Source: Candidatus Parcubacteria bacterium (GTDB taxonomy: Bacteria; Patescibacteriota; Minisyncoccia; UBA6257; HR35). Taken from it: 64,000 nt of DNA. The stretch covers positions 496,527 through 560,526 of the forward strand of contig BPJG01000001.1 in assembly GCA_026004495.1 (NCBI GenBank). The letters run 5' to 3'. A model generated the notes under the pieces. The model did not search any database, was not told the origin of the DNA, and worked only from the letters and a program-made list of their open reading frames with translations. Positions 19,636 through 30,347 of the stretch are shown here, piece by piece. The position numbers and the translations under genes were made by a program. The stretch's first letter is position 1. The number at the start of each line of letters is the position of its first letter.

Positions 19636-21068
19636 ATTTTAATATATTTATAGGATTAGAAATTCATCTAGAATTAGCTACTAAAAGCAAAATGTTTTGT
19701 AGTTGTCCCAATATTGCTGATGAAATTAGACCTAATTTTAATATTTGTGAAGTTTGTACTGGCCAACCTGGAGTTTTACCCGTAGTTAATAAACAAGCTG
19801 TTATTTTTGCTCTTAAATTAGCTAAAGCTTTAAATTGTCAAATAAATAAAATAAGTTACTTTGCTAGAAAAAATTATTTTTATCCTGATTTGCCCAAAAA
19901 TTATCAAATTTCTCAATATGATTTACCCTTAGCCTTTAATGGTAATTTATCTTTTTATTTTAATGAAGAATTAAAAAATATAAGGATAAAAAGAATTCAT
20001 CTCGAAGAAGATACTGGTAAATTATTGCATCTTAGTAATTATTCATTAGTAGATTTTAATAGATCTGGGGTGCCTTTATTAGAATTAGTAACCGAACCAG
20101 ATATTAAATCAGCTGAAGAAGCTAAATTATGTGTAGAAGAATTGATTACAATTATTAGGTATTTAGAAATTTCTGAGGCCAATCCTGAAAAAGGACAAAT
20201 TAGATTTGAAGCTAATATTAGCCTTTCTACTGATAATAATTTAGGAACTAAAGTAGAGGTTAAAAATTTAGGTTCTTTAAAATCTTTAAAGGATGCTATT
20301 AATTATGAAATTGAAAGGCAAAAAAATTTGATTTTAAGAGGAGAAAAAATTAATCAAGAAACAAGAGGATTTGATGAAAAAAAAAGAACTACTTTTAGCC
20401 AAAGACATAAAGAAACTTCAGAAGACTATCGCTATTTTCCTGAGCCCGATTTACCTTTTTTAGAATTAGACGATGATTTTATAAAATCAATCCATCTCCC
20501 TGAGCTGCCTAATCAAAAAAGAGAAAGGTTTATAAAAGAATACAATTTATCATTAAAGGAAATAAATATTTTAACTAAAGATAGATTTGTCTCTAATTTT
20601 TACGAAAAAACAATATCAGAACTAAAAGAAGAGATAGATAATAATTTTGAAACTCGATTTGTTTATAATCTTTTAGTCAATGATATTTTTGGTTTACTTG
20701 AAAAATATAATCAAAATTTATTAACTATAAATTTTTCTCCCCATCACTTTGCTCATTTAATTTCAGAATACTATAAAGGTAATTTAAATATAAAATTGGT
20801 TAAAAAAATATTAACTGAAGTAATTGAGCATAATCATAATGTTGAAGATTTATTAACAAAACTTAATAAAATTGATGATGTACAAGAATTAACAAAGTTA
20901 GTAGAAGAATCAATAGAGAAAAATTCTCAAGCTGTCCAAGACTACAAAGAAGGTAAAAAAAATGCCCTTCAATTTCTTGTAGGTTATATAATGAAAAAAA
21001 CTAAAGGTCAAGTAGATATAAATATACTTAAAGATTTATTGATTAAAAAATTAGAAGAAAATTTTTAA
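19632..21068 (+). CDS. gatB: Asp/Glu-tRNA(Asn/Gln) amidotransferase subunit B
   Basis: 478 aa. IGLEIHLEL...CSCPN...GQPGVLPV...RIHLEEDTGK matches GatB. The 4-nt overlap with tmk (ATGA) indicates translational coupling. Confidence 0.85.
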   Translation: MNFNIFIGLEIHLELATKSKMFCSCPNIADEIRPNFNICEVCTGQPGVLPVVNKQAVIFALKLAKALNCQINKISYFARKNYFYPDLPKNYQISQYDLPLAFNGNLSFYFNEELKNIRIKRIHLEEDTGKLLHLSNYSLVDFNRSGVPLLELVTEPDIKSAEEAKLCVEELITIIRYLEISEANPEKGQIRFEANISLSTDNNLGTKVEVKNLGSLKSLKDAINYEIERQKNLILRGEKINQETRGFDEKKRTTFSQRHKETSEDYRYFPEPDLPFLELDDDFIKSIHLPELPNQKRERFIKEYNLSLKEINILTKDRFVSNFYEKTISELKEEIDNNFETRFVYNLLVNDIFGLLEKYNQNLLTINFSPHHFAHLISEYYKGNLNIKLVKKILTEVIEHNHNVEDLLTKLNKIDDVQELTKLVEESIEKNSQAVQDYKEGKKNALQFLVGYIMKKTKGQVDINILKDLLIKKLEENF

Positions 21069-21102
21069 TTTTTAAAAAAATTTTAATTTTTAAATTAAAT
21101 AA

Positions 21103-21126
21103 GACCAGGTAAATCACGACCTGGCC
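21103..21126. terminator. Candidate bidirectional hairpin terminator between convergent gatB and the pilin gene
   Basis: CCAGGT-aaatcacg-ACCTGG, a 6-bp stem, in an AT-rich spacer. The flanking T-runs are imperfect. Confidence 0.3.
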
Positions 21127-21163
21127 TTATTATAATAAATATTTTAATTTTTTGTTAATATGA

Positions 21164-21625
21164 TTATCTAGAGCAAATAGGAGATGAACCTGCTGGTTCT
21201 GTATTAGGGGCACAAACTTCTAATCTATTTCCCTCTGTTTCATTTATCCTAACTGTATATTGAGTTTCTGTTGCATTTGGATCTAAAGAAGGATCTCGAG
21301 GAAGTCTTTGTAAATAATCTGGAACTAAGCAGGAAAGATTAATTTGGTTAGCACTCTCAGTTCCAGTGGCTATAATATAAGTGGTGTTAGTTGGTAAAGA
21401 ATTTTGATAATTTTGGCTACTTGTACATACCCATCTTCCTTGATTATCTACTTGAAGCTGGGCAATGGCATTTCTAATAGCTAATGTATCTGTAGTTCTT
21501 TGAGTATTTCTTGTTTTTTGAAATTGTCTAGCTGGATTAATAGCAACTATTATAGCTCCAGCTAAAAGAACTATTATACCAATAACAAGTAATACTTCTA
21601 TTAAGGTAAAAGCTCTTTTTTTCAT
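21164..21625 (-). CDS. Type IV pilin (major pilin candidate), prepilin-type N-terminal methylation domain
   Basis: 153 aa. MKKRAFTLIEVLLVIGIIVLLAGAI is a class-III signal peptide with the G/FTLIE motif. The gene looks noticeably more GC-rich than its neighbours by eye. Confidence 0.75.
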   Translation of the reverse strand: MKKRAFTLIEVLLVIGIIVLLAGAIIVAINPARQFQKTRNTQRTTDTLAIRNAIAQLQVDNQGRWVCTSSQNYQNSLPTNTTYIIATGTESANQINLSCLVPDYLQRLPRDPSLDPNATETQYTVRINETEGNRLEVCAPNTEPAGSSPICSR

Positions 21626-21740
21626 TTTTATTTAATTTTTTTTATAAAATTATTAATTAAATCTGTTTTATTAATTACGACCTAATTAATAGATAAATTA
21701 TAATAAAAAAATATTAATTTAATTAAAATTTTGTGGATAA

Positions 21741-23216
21741 TTATTTAATCTCTTGCCAATATAAAGTTTCATAAAATTCAGAAGCTAGGGGAAATTCTGG
21801 TGGAGGAGAATAGAGAAGATTGGCATCATAAATTATATTTCTATTTTGATAGCCAGAAACTAAATTATTTCCACTTACCCAGGCAAATCCATATCTAATT
21901 CTTGAGGCTATGGTTCCAAATATTGTTAGATTTGTTTTAATATTATTATTTCCACAAGTGCCGTTATAATGAAATCTACCTGCTCTTCCGTTTTGGGCAA
22001 TTAAGGCAGCATCAATTCTTAAATCATTTTCGCTTTCTAAACCAATAGTAATACTTTTTTGAGCAATTAATCCAATAGAATCATTGCCATTATAATTAGT
22101 ATAGGTTAAATCGTTATTGACAATAATTCTTGTTCTTTGATTAACATTTTCAGGAAATTTAGCAGAAGCAATTAGTAATCTTTTATTATTAATCTTACCA
22201 CTAACCCAAATATTATCTTCAATAAAGATAACTCCATTAGTAGGAATATTATAATTACCTAAAAATGTTTTTTGATCAATACTCCATGTTCCATAAAGAT
22301 ATCTTGAATTTGAAGTATAGCAAGAATCATTACCAAATTCATAGGGATCATAAGCACAACAATTATCAGGAAATTTTTTAACCTTATTAACTCTGTATAA
22401 ATCAAATGTTCCATCCTGTTTTAATATTATTTCATAACCATAGTTATTATCGCCACTAAAATTACGATAAAAACCAGATGAAGAGGCAATATCTTTTAAT
22501 TGAGCTAAATTAGCAGATAAACCTACAAAATCAAGTGTTGGTTTACCAACTTCTCTGCCTGCTTTAAATATATCTGGCCTGGAAGGTAAATTATTAGGGT
22601 TAGGATTAGATGGCGGACAAGGATCCTGAGGAGAGACATGGGTGTGGACTGCCCATTCATCGCAACCAGTATGGTCAGGATCGTCATAAGTTATTAAAGC
22701 ACTACTAATTAAATTATAGGCAGTGCCATCAAATCTTATTCCTTTATTAGAATGAATTTGCCCATAAACAACAGTTCCTTGGCCGAAACGTACATTATCA
22801 TCACTTAAAACAGAAAACTTAATTAATGAAGGTATAGCTAATTTACTTTCTATTATTTTTTCAACATTGCTAAAATTTAATTTACCTGTTGATTTTATGT
22901 TGACAATTGTTGAGCCAATTAATGGTGGTGTAATTTCAAGTTTAAAATATCCAATGATATTTCCTATTCTGTTTTTAAAATTATGAATATAAGGACCAGG
23001 TTGGTCAGTGCCATTCGTATAATCTTTGGGAAAATGATTTAAATACCAACGATAGTATTCAATTCCTGATTCTGAAATTGCAACTGCCTGTCTTTTTTCT
23101 ATTTCTTTTATTGTAGTTGAATAAAAAACATATACCCAAGATATAATACCTGTTAAGATAATTATTGCCAGGGTATTGTATACTAAAACATAAATTAAAA
23201 TTTGTCCTTTTTTCAT
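21741..23216 (-). CDS. Large pilus-associated protein (PilX-like?), N-terminal TM helix then an extracellular domain
   Basis: 491 aa. Hydrophobic N-terminus without a canonical prepilin cleavage motif. It sits inside the pilus gene run. Confidence 0.3.
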   Translation of the reverse strand: MKKGQILIYVLVYNTLAIIILTGIISWVYVFYSTTIKEIEKRQAVAISESGIEYYRWYLNHFPKDYTNGTDQPGPYIHNFKNRIGNIIGYFKLEITPPLIGSTIVNIKSTGKLNFSNVEKIIESKLAIPSLIKFSVLSDDNVRFGQGTVVYGQIHSNKGIRFDGTAYNLISSALITYDDPDHTGCDEWAVHTHVSPQDPCPPSNPNPNNLPSRPDIFKAGREVGKPTLDFVGLSANLAQLKDIASSSGFYRNFSGDNNYGYEIILKQDGTFDLYRVNKVKKFPDNCCAYDPYEFGNDSCYTSNSRYLYGTWSIDQKTFLGNYNIPTNGVIFIEDNIWVSGKINNKRLLIASAKFPENVNQRTRIIVNNDLTYTNYNGNDSIGLIAQKSITIGLESENDLRIDAALIAQNGRAGRFHYNGTCGNNNIKTNLTIFGTIASRIRYGFAWVSGNNLVSGYQNRNIIYDANLLYSPPPEFPLASEFYETLYWQEIK

Positions 23217-23220
23217 TATT

Positions 23221-23778
23221 TTATTTATATCTTAAATTTCGAGGGGCAACAATAAATGACCTATTAATAATTTTTTTATTAGTTATATCTTCAATGATTA
23301 AATTAACCTTAATTAATTTTACTTGATTAATATCAGAAGTTAATTCATTATTTTTATTAAAATATTGAAAAATATTAGAATTCCTTAAATCACTGATCAT
23401 TAAAATAATTTTTTCTTGATTGAGGTCATAAAAAAGTGGATTATTTTGAGGTTTAGTTACCCCCTTTTTAAAATTACTACCATCAACAAAATATCTAATT
23501 TTTTCTATTAAATTATCGTTATCAATATTAGCATAGAAAATTATTTCATTATTTTTTATTTTCTCTATTGGATAGTTGCCAATACTAGATTGCATCATTG
23601 ATTTTAATTCACGGCTCATTATATTAATAGTATTGTTAATTTCTTGATATTTACCTAAATTGAATATAAAGTAAATATTAAAATTTGAAATATTAATAAT
23701 AAAAAATATCAAAATAAAAGTAATAAGACTTATAATAAAAATTCCCATAATTATTTCAATTAAAGTAAATCCTCTCAT
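23221..23778 (-). CDS. Minor pilin/pseudopilin (prepilin-type N-terminus)
   Basis: 185 aa. MRGFTLIEIIMGIFIISLI. Overlaps its neighbours by 4 nt. Confidence 0.6.
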   Translation of the reverse strand: MRGFTLIEIIMGIFIISLITFILIFFIINISNFNIYFIFNLGKYQEINNTINIMSRELKSMMQSSIGNYPIEKIKNNEIIFYANIDNDNLIEKIRYFVDGSNFKKGVTKPQNNPLFYDLNQEKIILMISDLRNSNIFQYFNKNNELTSDINQVKLIKVNLIIEDITNKKIINRSFIVAPRNLRYK

Positions 23779-25085
23779 TTTTTTCTTTTTATTAAGAGAT
23801 TTCCTAATAAGACTGAAATTGTGATTATAATAGCTAAACTTAAGATAATTATTTTAAAATAATCAATTCTATACTTATCTACTTTATTAACATTATTTCC
23901 ATAAAAATTTATTTTTTCTTTCTCTTTGCGTTGTTGATAATTATTTTCTAAATTATTTAAATTTAGATTTATCTCATTTTGATATTCATTTTTTTCTAAT
24001 ATATTATTATCTCTGATTTTACTGTTAAAAATTTTATTTTTTTCTAATTTTTGATTATTGGGATTATTATTTTTTTCTGATGAGTTAGTTACAATATTAT
24101 TTTGATTAAAATTTTGTTGATTATTTTTATTTGTATCTAAATTATCTATATTCACTTTATTTTTATATTTTGAAGAAGGTAAATTATTATTAATATTAAT
24201 AGAAAAATTTTCACTTGAAGTGTTATTATCGGTGTCAATATTTTCATTATTATTATTATTGCTATAAGTATTAAAATTTATTTCTGCAGTTGAGGAATTT
24301 TGCCAATAATCAAAAACTATTAATTTAACATAATATTCTCTTTCAGCTTGAATATCGATATTTCCTGAACATAATCTAATATTTGGGGGACAAGATTCAT
24401 AATAATCATTTTGATAAGTATTAGTAGAATAAGAAATATTATCATAATAAATTAATTTATAAATAATAGGTTCATTAGCATTGAATGTAATCTTTACTAA
24501 ATTTTGATTTATAAGTTGATAGCTTAAATTAGAAATTATTGGAGATAAATTTTCAGTTCCTTCATAAAGAGAAATTTTGAAAGAATTTTTTTCTTCCGAA
24601 TCGTTAATAATTAAGGGTCTAATAGTTTCAGGTATATTTAGGGTTGCCTCAATATTTTGCAATAGTTCTAAAATATTAAAAGCGAAAATCTTTAAATTAC
24701 TATTTTGATTAGTGGTTAATTTAAATTTGTATTCCTGGCCACTATTAATTCTAATATTTTCATTCAGAGGAATATCAAAATGAATTCCTGACCAACTAAA
24801 ATTAGTTGGTGGTAAATTTATTATTTTACTTTCTAAAATATTATTTTCTTTATCTAATAAAGTAAAGTTTAAACTAGTTAAAGGACCGATATTTTCAATC
24901 CACAACCTAATCATACTTAAGAAATCGTTAAATGGTACAAATCTTTGAATATACTCTTTGTCTTTTTCAATAGGAATTTTATTGCCAAAGTCAGGTGAAA
25001 ATTCAAAAAATTTATAAATTTCTGCTAAAGCAATATTTAAGTAAATTAAATTTAAAAAAACTAAATAAAATAAAATTTTTTTCAT
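23775..25085 (-). CDS. Hypothetical surface protein in the pilus locus (signal peptide, Asn-rich low-complexity region, C-terminal TM anchor)
   Basis: 436 aa. N-terminal signal-like MKKILFYLVFLNLIYLNIALA, a C-terminal TM segment and a KRKK tail. Confidence 0.3.
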   Translation of the reverse strand: MKKILFYLVFLNLIYLNIALAEIYKFFEFSPDFGNKIPIEKDKEYIQRFVPFNDFLSMIRLWIENIGPLTSLNFTLLDKENNILESKIINLPPTNFSWSGIHFDIPLNENIRINSGQEYKFKLTTNQNSNLKIFAFNILELLQNIEATLNIPETIRPLIINDSEEKNSFKISLYEGTENLSPIISNLSYQLINQNLVKITFNANEPIIYKLIYYDNISYSTNTYQNDYYESCPPNIRLCSGNIDIQAEREYYVKLIVFDYWQNSSTAEINFNTYSNNNNNENIDTDNNTSSENFSININNNLPSSKYKNKVNIDNLDTNKNNQQNFNQNNIVTNSSEKNNNPNNQKLEKNKIFNSKIRDNNILEKNEYQNEINLNLNNLENNYQQRKEKEKINFYGNNVNKVDKYRIDYFKIIILSLAIIITISVLLGNLLIKRKK

Positions 25086-26851
25086 TCTCTACTTAATTTA
25101 AATATTAATTCCTTAAATGGTATGTTAATATTAGTGGTCGTGCTTAAGGTTTGATACCCTTCTTTATTAATTTCGAGATTATATGTATCTGATATTAAAT
25201 TCGTAAAAAGAGATTGTCCCGAAGATAAACAATCAGAACTAAACTTAATATTAACCCTATTTATTGAGGGAGTATTATTTTCATCTGAGGTTTTAAGGTA
25301 AATTTTATATCTTAAATATTTTTGATTTATGGGAATAATGGTTAAATTAGATGGAGAAGAAGTAAAAAAGGAATTATTGGTTCCATCAGGACCAATAAAA
25401 TTCCAAGTATTATTGTCATTGTTAACTGCTATTTGAAATTTAACTTCAGTATTGGGTAGCTGATTATTCGGTAACCATTGAAGTGTTAAAAACTTAACAT
25501 TTGTTGAAGTTCCAATATTAATCGTTTTTGATTCTAACCATTCAATTGTATTTGTTGGATAATAACCATTTATTCTTTTTAAAGAAATTACATTTTCGTT
25601 AATTTCTATATTTGGGCTAATAGCTGAATAATTATTTATCCAATTGTCTTGAATAATATCTTCTGTTTTAGTATATTTTATTTGTTCCAAATTATCTTTA
25701 GATAATTTTATTTGTACTTCGTTTAGAGGAATATTATTATCATCAATAACTGTTACTAAAAGAGAATTATCTGTTGAAGAGTTAATATTTAATCTAAGAA
25801 AATAATTTAATCCAGGCATAATATTCAAAGGTGAAGAACTATTATATCCACCTATTACATAATTTGAATTGGTTAATTCATAACTATAATTATCCCATTC
25901 TAATTTTAAATTTTTTTCACCATTAGAATCAGTAGTTGTCGAGATAATATTTTTTATTATATCTGGATTACGGCCAATTAATTTTGTTCCTGTAAATTTA
26001 AGGGGTATATTTGTTAATGGTTGGCAGAAGTTATCTATTGTTTTAATTAATAAATTAGCCAAAATATCTATTTGGAAAGTAACAGTCGTTAATGTTTGCT
26101 CTAAAACTGTTTGATGAGGAATAAGAGGATTGGGATTCTCAATTGATCCTGGTTGATAAGATTTATCAGTTGAATAATTCTCCTTACTGACACTAATTTG
26201 ATATGCATTAGTTCCTGTCGGAATATCAATTAATTGTAATAAACCTTGATCATTGGTTAAATCTTGAATAATAATTGGAGGTGAAGTTGAATTATTAATA
26301 ACATAAACACTTGTTTGAGATATTGGTTGTCCGCTGGCATCTATTACTTTAATAAATAATGAACCATTTAAAGTAGAACTTTCAACATTTTTAGGAGCTA
26401 TAATTGCTGTTAATGTTTGTTTTTTTGTTTTAAATGAACAATTTAAACAGACTCCTTCTAATTCAACTAATTTATAATCAGCTGGAGCTAAATCATTGGG
26501 ATTACCTCCAATAACACCATCAGCCGGATCGTCAATATTTCTAATGTAATAATTTATTTTTATACTTAAATTGTCATAATTTACAATTTTTTCTCGAGTT
26601 AAAATTCCTGTAGGCCAGCCATCAACTATCCCTATATCTTCATAGTTCATAACTCTTATAATTTCCAATTCATTTTCTAATGCAGATATAATTTGAAGAT
26701 TTATCCTAGCGTTTAAGGTAGATTGTAGTAAATTTAAAAATATGCTTATTATTAAATAAGTTATTACTGAGATAATAAATAAAGCTATTAGAATCTCTAT
26801 AAAAGTATAACCAAAATTATACTTATTGTTGAATTTTATCTGTAAGTTCAT
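25082..26851 (-). CDS. Giant pilin-like protein (prepilin-type leader then a roughly 550 aa extracellular domain), candidate tip adhesin
   Basis: 589 aa. A 14-aa leader ending ...NFG, followed by YTFIEILIALFIISV. Confidence 0.45.
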   Translation of the reverse strand: MNLQIKFNNKYNFGYTFIEILIALFIISVITYLIISIFLNLLQSTLNARINLQIISALENELEIIRVMNYEDIGIVDGWPTGILTREKIVNYDNLSIKINYYIRNIDDPADGVIGGNPNDLAPADYKLVELEGVCLNCSFKTKKQTLTAIIAPKNVESSTLNGSLFIKVIDASGQPISQTSVYVINNSTSPPIIIQDLTNDQGLLQLIDIPTGTNAYQISVSKENYSTDKSYQPGSIENPNPLIPHQTVLEQTLTTVTFQIDILANLLIKTIDNFCQPLTNIPLKFTGTKLIGRNPDIIKNIISTTTDSNGEKNLKLEWDNYSYELTNSNYVIGGYNSSSPLNIMPGLNYFLRLNINSSTDNSLLVTVIDDNNIPLNEVQIKLSKDNLEQIKYTKTEDIIQDNWINNYSAISPNIEINENVISLKRINGYYPTNTIEWLESKTINIGTSTNVKFLTLQWLPNNQLPNTEVKFQIAVNNDNNTWNFIGPDGTNNSFFTSSPSNLTIIPINQKYLRYKIYLKTSDENNTPSINRVNIKFSSDCLSSGQSLFTNLISDTYNLEINKEGYQTLSTTTNINIPFKELIFKLSRE

Positions 26852-27893
26852 AAATTGGTATAATAATAGAAATAGCCATAAAACCGACTATTATACCCAT
26901 AATAATTAAAATAATAGGCTCTAAAGAATTTACTAATCTTTCAATCCCTGAATCCAATTCTTCCTCGTAGTTATTGCTTAAATAAAATAAATTTTGTTCT
27001 AAATTCCCAGTTTTTTCACCTACCTCAATCATTTTTGAAAACTCATAAGGGAAAATCTTTTTATATTTCTCTAAAAATTCGTTAAAACTATGTCCAGCCA
27101 AAACAAATTGTGATGCTTTAATAAAATATTTTTTATAGACTTCATTATTAACATTTTTTCCAGATAGCTCTATAGCTTCAACAATTTTAACTCCACTTTT
27201 TAATAACATAGCTAATGAACGGGAAAATTGAGTTAAGGAATATTTTTTTATAAGACTGGAAATTAAGGGTAAATTAATTAAAAATAAATCAAAAAAATAT
27301 TTAATTTTTGGAAATCTATTAAGAAATATAATTAAGATTATTAAACTAATAAATAAAAATAATACATAATATCCATAATTTAACATAAATCGAGATAGAG
27401 AAATGAATATTTTGGTAATTTTAGGTAATTCAACGTTTAGATTTTCAAATATAGGTAATAATTTAGGAAAAATAAAATATATAACAAGGACAATAATGAT
27501 TAATATAACTAAGATAATGAAAATAGGATATATTATTGCTGAGATAAATTTTCTTCTTAGTCTCTCAATTTTTCTTAATTCTTCCGACAATCTTTCAAGA
27601 TTTTCAATTAAATTTCCTGTTAATTCACCTATTCTAATAATTGAAATTAAAAATTCGCCTAAAATATTATTAAATTTTGATAAACTAGTAGCTAAAAATT
27701 GACCTCTTTGAATATCTTCAATAGCTGTTTCTAAAATATATTTTAAAGCTGGAGATCGCTGATATTTTTTTAAATAAATTAAAGCATCAGTTAAACTCAT
27801 ACCACTTTTTAATAAAAGAGATAGATTCCTTAAAAATAAAATTTTAGCCTCTAATCCTAATTTTAGAATAAAGGGTTTTTTATTATTATTCAT
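26823..27893 (-). CDS. pilC: Type IV pilus assembly platform protein PilC (GspF family)
   Basis: 356 aa. Two T2SSF-like repeats and three TM segments. Confidence 0.75.
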   Translation of the reverse strand: MNNNKKPFILKLGLEAKILFLRNLSLLLKSGMSLTDALIYLKKYQRSPALKYILETAIEDIQRGQFLATSLSKFNNILGEFLISIIRIGELTGNLIENLERLSEELRKIERLRRKFISAIIYPIFIILVILIIIVLVIYFIFPKLLPIFENLNVELPKITKIFISLSRFMLNYGYYVLFLFISLIILIIFLNRFPKIKYFFDLFLINLPLISSLIKKYSLTQFSRSLAMLLKSGVKIVEAIELSGKNVNNEVYKKYFIKASQFVLAGHSFNEFLEKYKKIFPYEFSKMIEVGEKTGNLEQNLFYLSNNYEEELDSGIERLVNSLEPIILIIMGIIVGFMAISIIIPIYELTDKIQQ

Positions 27894-29133
27894 GAATAAC
27901 TCTTAATACCTCTTCAATTGTTGTTAGGCCCTGAATAACTTTATTAAAACCATCACGAATCATTGTTGACATACCTTCTTCTAGGGCAATCTTTTTTATT
28001 TGTTCGCTATTATATCTTTTCATAATTCCATCTTTTATTTTTTTACTTATAGTTAAAACTTCAAAAATTCCTATTCTACCCAAAAATCCTGTAGAATTAC
28101 ATACTTCGCACCCATTAGCTTTATAAATTTCATAATTTCTTATTTTTTTTATGTTTTCTAGAGTTAAATCTTCGGCAATACCTTCTAAAAGAGATCTTGC
28201 TTCAGCAGCATTTAACTTATCTGGTTTTTTGCATTTATCACATAATTTTCTTACTAATCTTTGAGCAATGACAATATTTACAGTTGAGGAAATTAAAAAT
28301 GGTTCTATGCCCATTTCTAATAATCTTGGCAAAGCAGTTGGAGCATCATTAGTGTGAAGAGTAGAGAGAAGTAGGTGACCAGTTAGGGCAGCGTTAACTG
28401 CGATATCAGCTGTTTCTTGATCCCTTATTTCTCCTACCATAATAATATTTGGATCTTGTCTAAGAATAGCTCTTAATCCTTTACTAAAGAATAATCCTAC
28501 TTGAGGATTGACCTGAATTTGAGTAAGGCCACTAATTGAATATTCAATAGGGTCTTCTAAAGTTATGATAGATACATTAGGAGTATTTAAGGCTTTTAAT
28601 ATTGAATATAGAGTAGTGCTTTTACCTGAACCCGTTGGTCCGGTAACTAAAATCATTCCATATGGTTTTTTTATTGCTTCTTTTACTTTTTTAAGATCTA
28701 TTTCAGAAAAACCTAAATTTTCTAAAACATAAATATCTTTTTGAATTAATAATCTTAAAACTGCATTTTCTCCGTAATAAGTAGGCATAATAGAAATTCT
28801 AATATCAAAACTTACATTTTCTTGAGGAATTGTAAATTTAAATCTTCCATCTTGAGGAGTATTATGTTCATCTGTCCTTAAACCTGAAAGAACTTTTAAT
28901 CTTGAAATAATTTCTTCTTGAAGATATTTTTTAAAATTAAAAAAATTATAAAGAATTCCATCAACTCTATATCTTACGTTAATACTAGTTTCTGTTGGTT
29001 GGAAATGAATATCAGAAGCTCGTGATTCGTAACCAAAAATTATTAAATAATTAACCAAATCAATAATAGAAACTTCTTCTAATTGTTTGTTACTTTCTAA
29101 TTCAATTTGTTTTTTTAAATCCTCAATTTTCAT
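27886..29133 (-). CDS. pilB: Type IV pilus assembly ATPase (GspE/PilB family)
   Basis: 415 aa. Walker A GPTGSGKSTTLYS, Asp/His boxes and a C-terminal tetracysteine CDKC...CEVC. Confidence 0.8.
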   Translation of the reverse strand: MKIEDLKKQIELESNKQLEEVSIIDLVNYLIIFGYESRASDIHFQPTETSINVRYRVDGILYNFFNFKKYLQEEIISRLKVLSGLRTDEHNTPQDGRFKFTIPQENVSFDIRISIMPTYYGENAVLRLLIQKDIYVLENLGFSEIDLKKVKEAIKKPYGMILVTGPTGSGKSTTLYSILKALNTPNVSIITLEDPIEYSISGLTQIQVNPQVGLFFSKGLRAILRQDPNIIMVGEIRDQETADIAVNAALTGHLLLSTLHTNDAPTALPRLLEMGIEPFLISSTVNIVIAQRLVRKLCDKCKKPDKLNAAEARSLLEGIAEDLTLENIKKIRNYEIYKANGCEVCNSTGFLGRIGIFEVLTISKKIKDGIMKRYNSEQIKKIALEEGMSTMIRDGFNKVIQGLTTIEEVLRVIHE

Positions 29134-29165
29134 TATTTCTAATTTAAATCAAATTAATATATTTT

Positions 29166-30347
29166 TTATTTTAAATTTAATTTCAAATATAAATCTTCTA
29201 AAACATTACGATAACAAATATAGGCTATATATGGACTTTCATAGGGATTGAAATATTTATGAACATCGCCATCATTAAACCATTTAGTGCACATATAATA
29301 AAAATGATCAGCAGTCTGAAGTTTTCTCCATTGACTAATAATATTTATGTCATTTTTATTTAAGACATTTTTTTCTAAATTATATAATCTTTCGAGAGTA
29401 TCCTTTTGCATTTCATTTTCTAGCCAAGCACTTAAATCTCGTTCAGTGTCTGCCCAAGTAATAGGATAAATAGACGACCATTTTCCTCGACTAGGGTATT
29501 TTTTAATTGCTTCAGATAAGGTATTAAACTCTAAATCGTTTTCTTCTGTAATTTTAAGAATTAGATCTGTTATAAAATCAAAAATCCCAGTTTCTTTCCA
29601 TTGATGTTCACCAAAAGTTTCAAAATCCATAAAAAGATTTATTACCTCGCTATTATTTTTAATTTGGTTTAACCAAGATAAAAATTTATCAGCTGTTAAG
29701 GGCCATCCTTCCCAATTTTTATTAGAAAATCTAAAGCTAATATCATCAGATAAATTGTAATTTCTTAAAAGAACTTTCAATTTTTGATTGGGAGTATGAT
29801 AAACGAAATTAGGTGATCGCCATTCAAGAATTCTATCAACACCTTCAGTTATAATTCCTTTAAAATTTAATTTTTCTAAAATAATTTCTAAATCATCAAA
29901 ATAGATTAATTCAGTGTTTGAAAATATTATCGGTTCTTGAGAAAAAAATTCTTTTATTAATTTTTTATGATAATTAATTTGAAATTTAAATTCCTCTTTA
30001 GAATAGAGACTTGATAAAGAATGGTAGTAGGTTTCGCCAGTGAATTCTAGGCAACCGGTAGAACTTATTTTTTGCCACCAATCAATTACTTCTGGGTGCC
30101 ATAATTGTAATTGTTCCATTAAAGTTCCTGTTATGCCAACTGAAAATTTAAATCTAAAGTTTGTTTCTTTGATTAATTCATAAAATATTTTAAGCGTCGG
30201 TAAATAACATTTTTCTACTATTCTATCTAAATAAAATTTATTTTTTTCATCATCAAAATAATCGCTGTCATTACCAATATTAAAAATAGTAAAATTTTTT
30301 ATCCTAAATGGTTGATGAACCTTAAAATAAAAACAAATTGATGTCAT
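29166..30347 (-). CDS. Glycoside hydrolase family 57 protein (alpha-amylase / alpha-glucanotransferase / branching-enzyme type)
   Basis: 393 aa. N-terminal FYFKVHQPFR is a GH57 hallmark. Confidence 0.65.
   Translation of the reverse strand: MTSICFYFKVHQPFRIKNFTIFNIGNDSDYFDDEKNKFYLDRIVEKCYLPTLKIFYELIKETNFRFKFSVGITGTLMEQLQLWHPEVIDWWQKISSTGCLEFTGETYYHSLSSLYSKEEFKFQINYHKKLIKEFFSQEPIIFSNTELIYFDDLEIILEKLNFKGIITEGVDRILEWRSPNFVYHTPNQKLKVLLRNYNLSDDISFRFSNKNWEGWPLTADKFLSWLNQIKNNSEVINLFMDFETFGEHQWKETGIFDFITDLILKITEENDLEFNTLSEAIKKYPSRGKWSSIYPITWADTERDLSAWLENEMQKDTLERLYNLEKNVLNKNDINIISQWRKLQTADHFYYMCTKWFNDGDVHKYFNPYESPYIAYICYRNVLEDLYLKLNLK

Noticed and set aside
27403-27702. ORF 27403..27702 (+) inside pilC
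   Set aside because: Antisense to a confident GspF-family gene.
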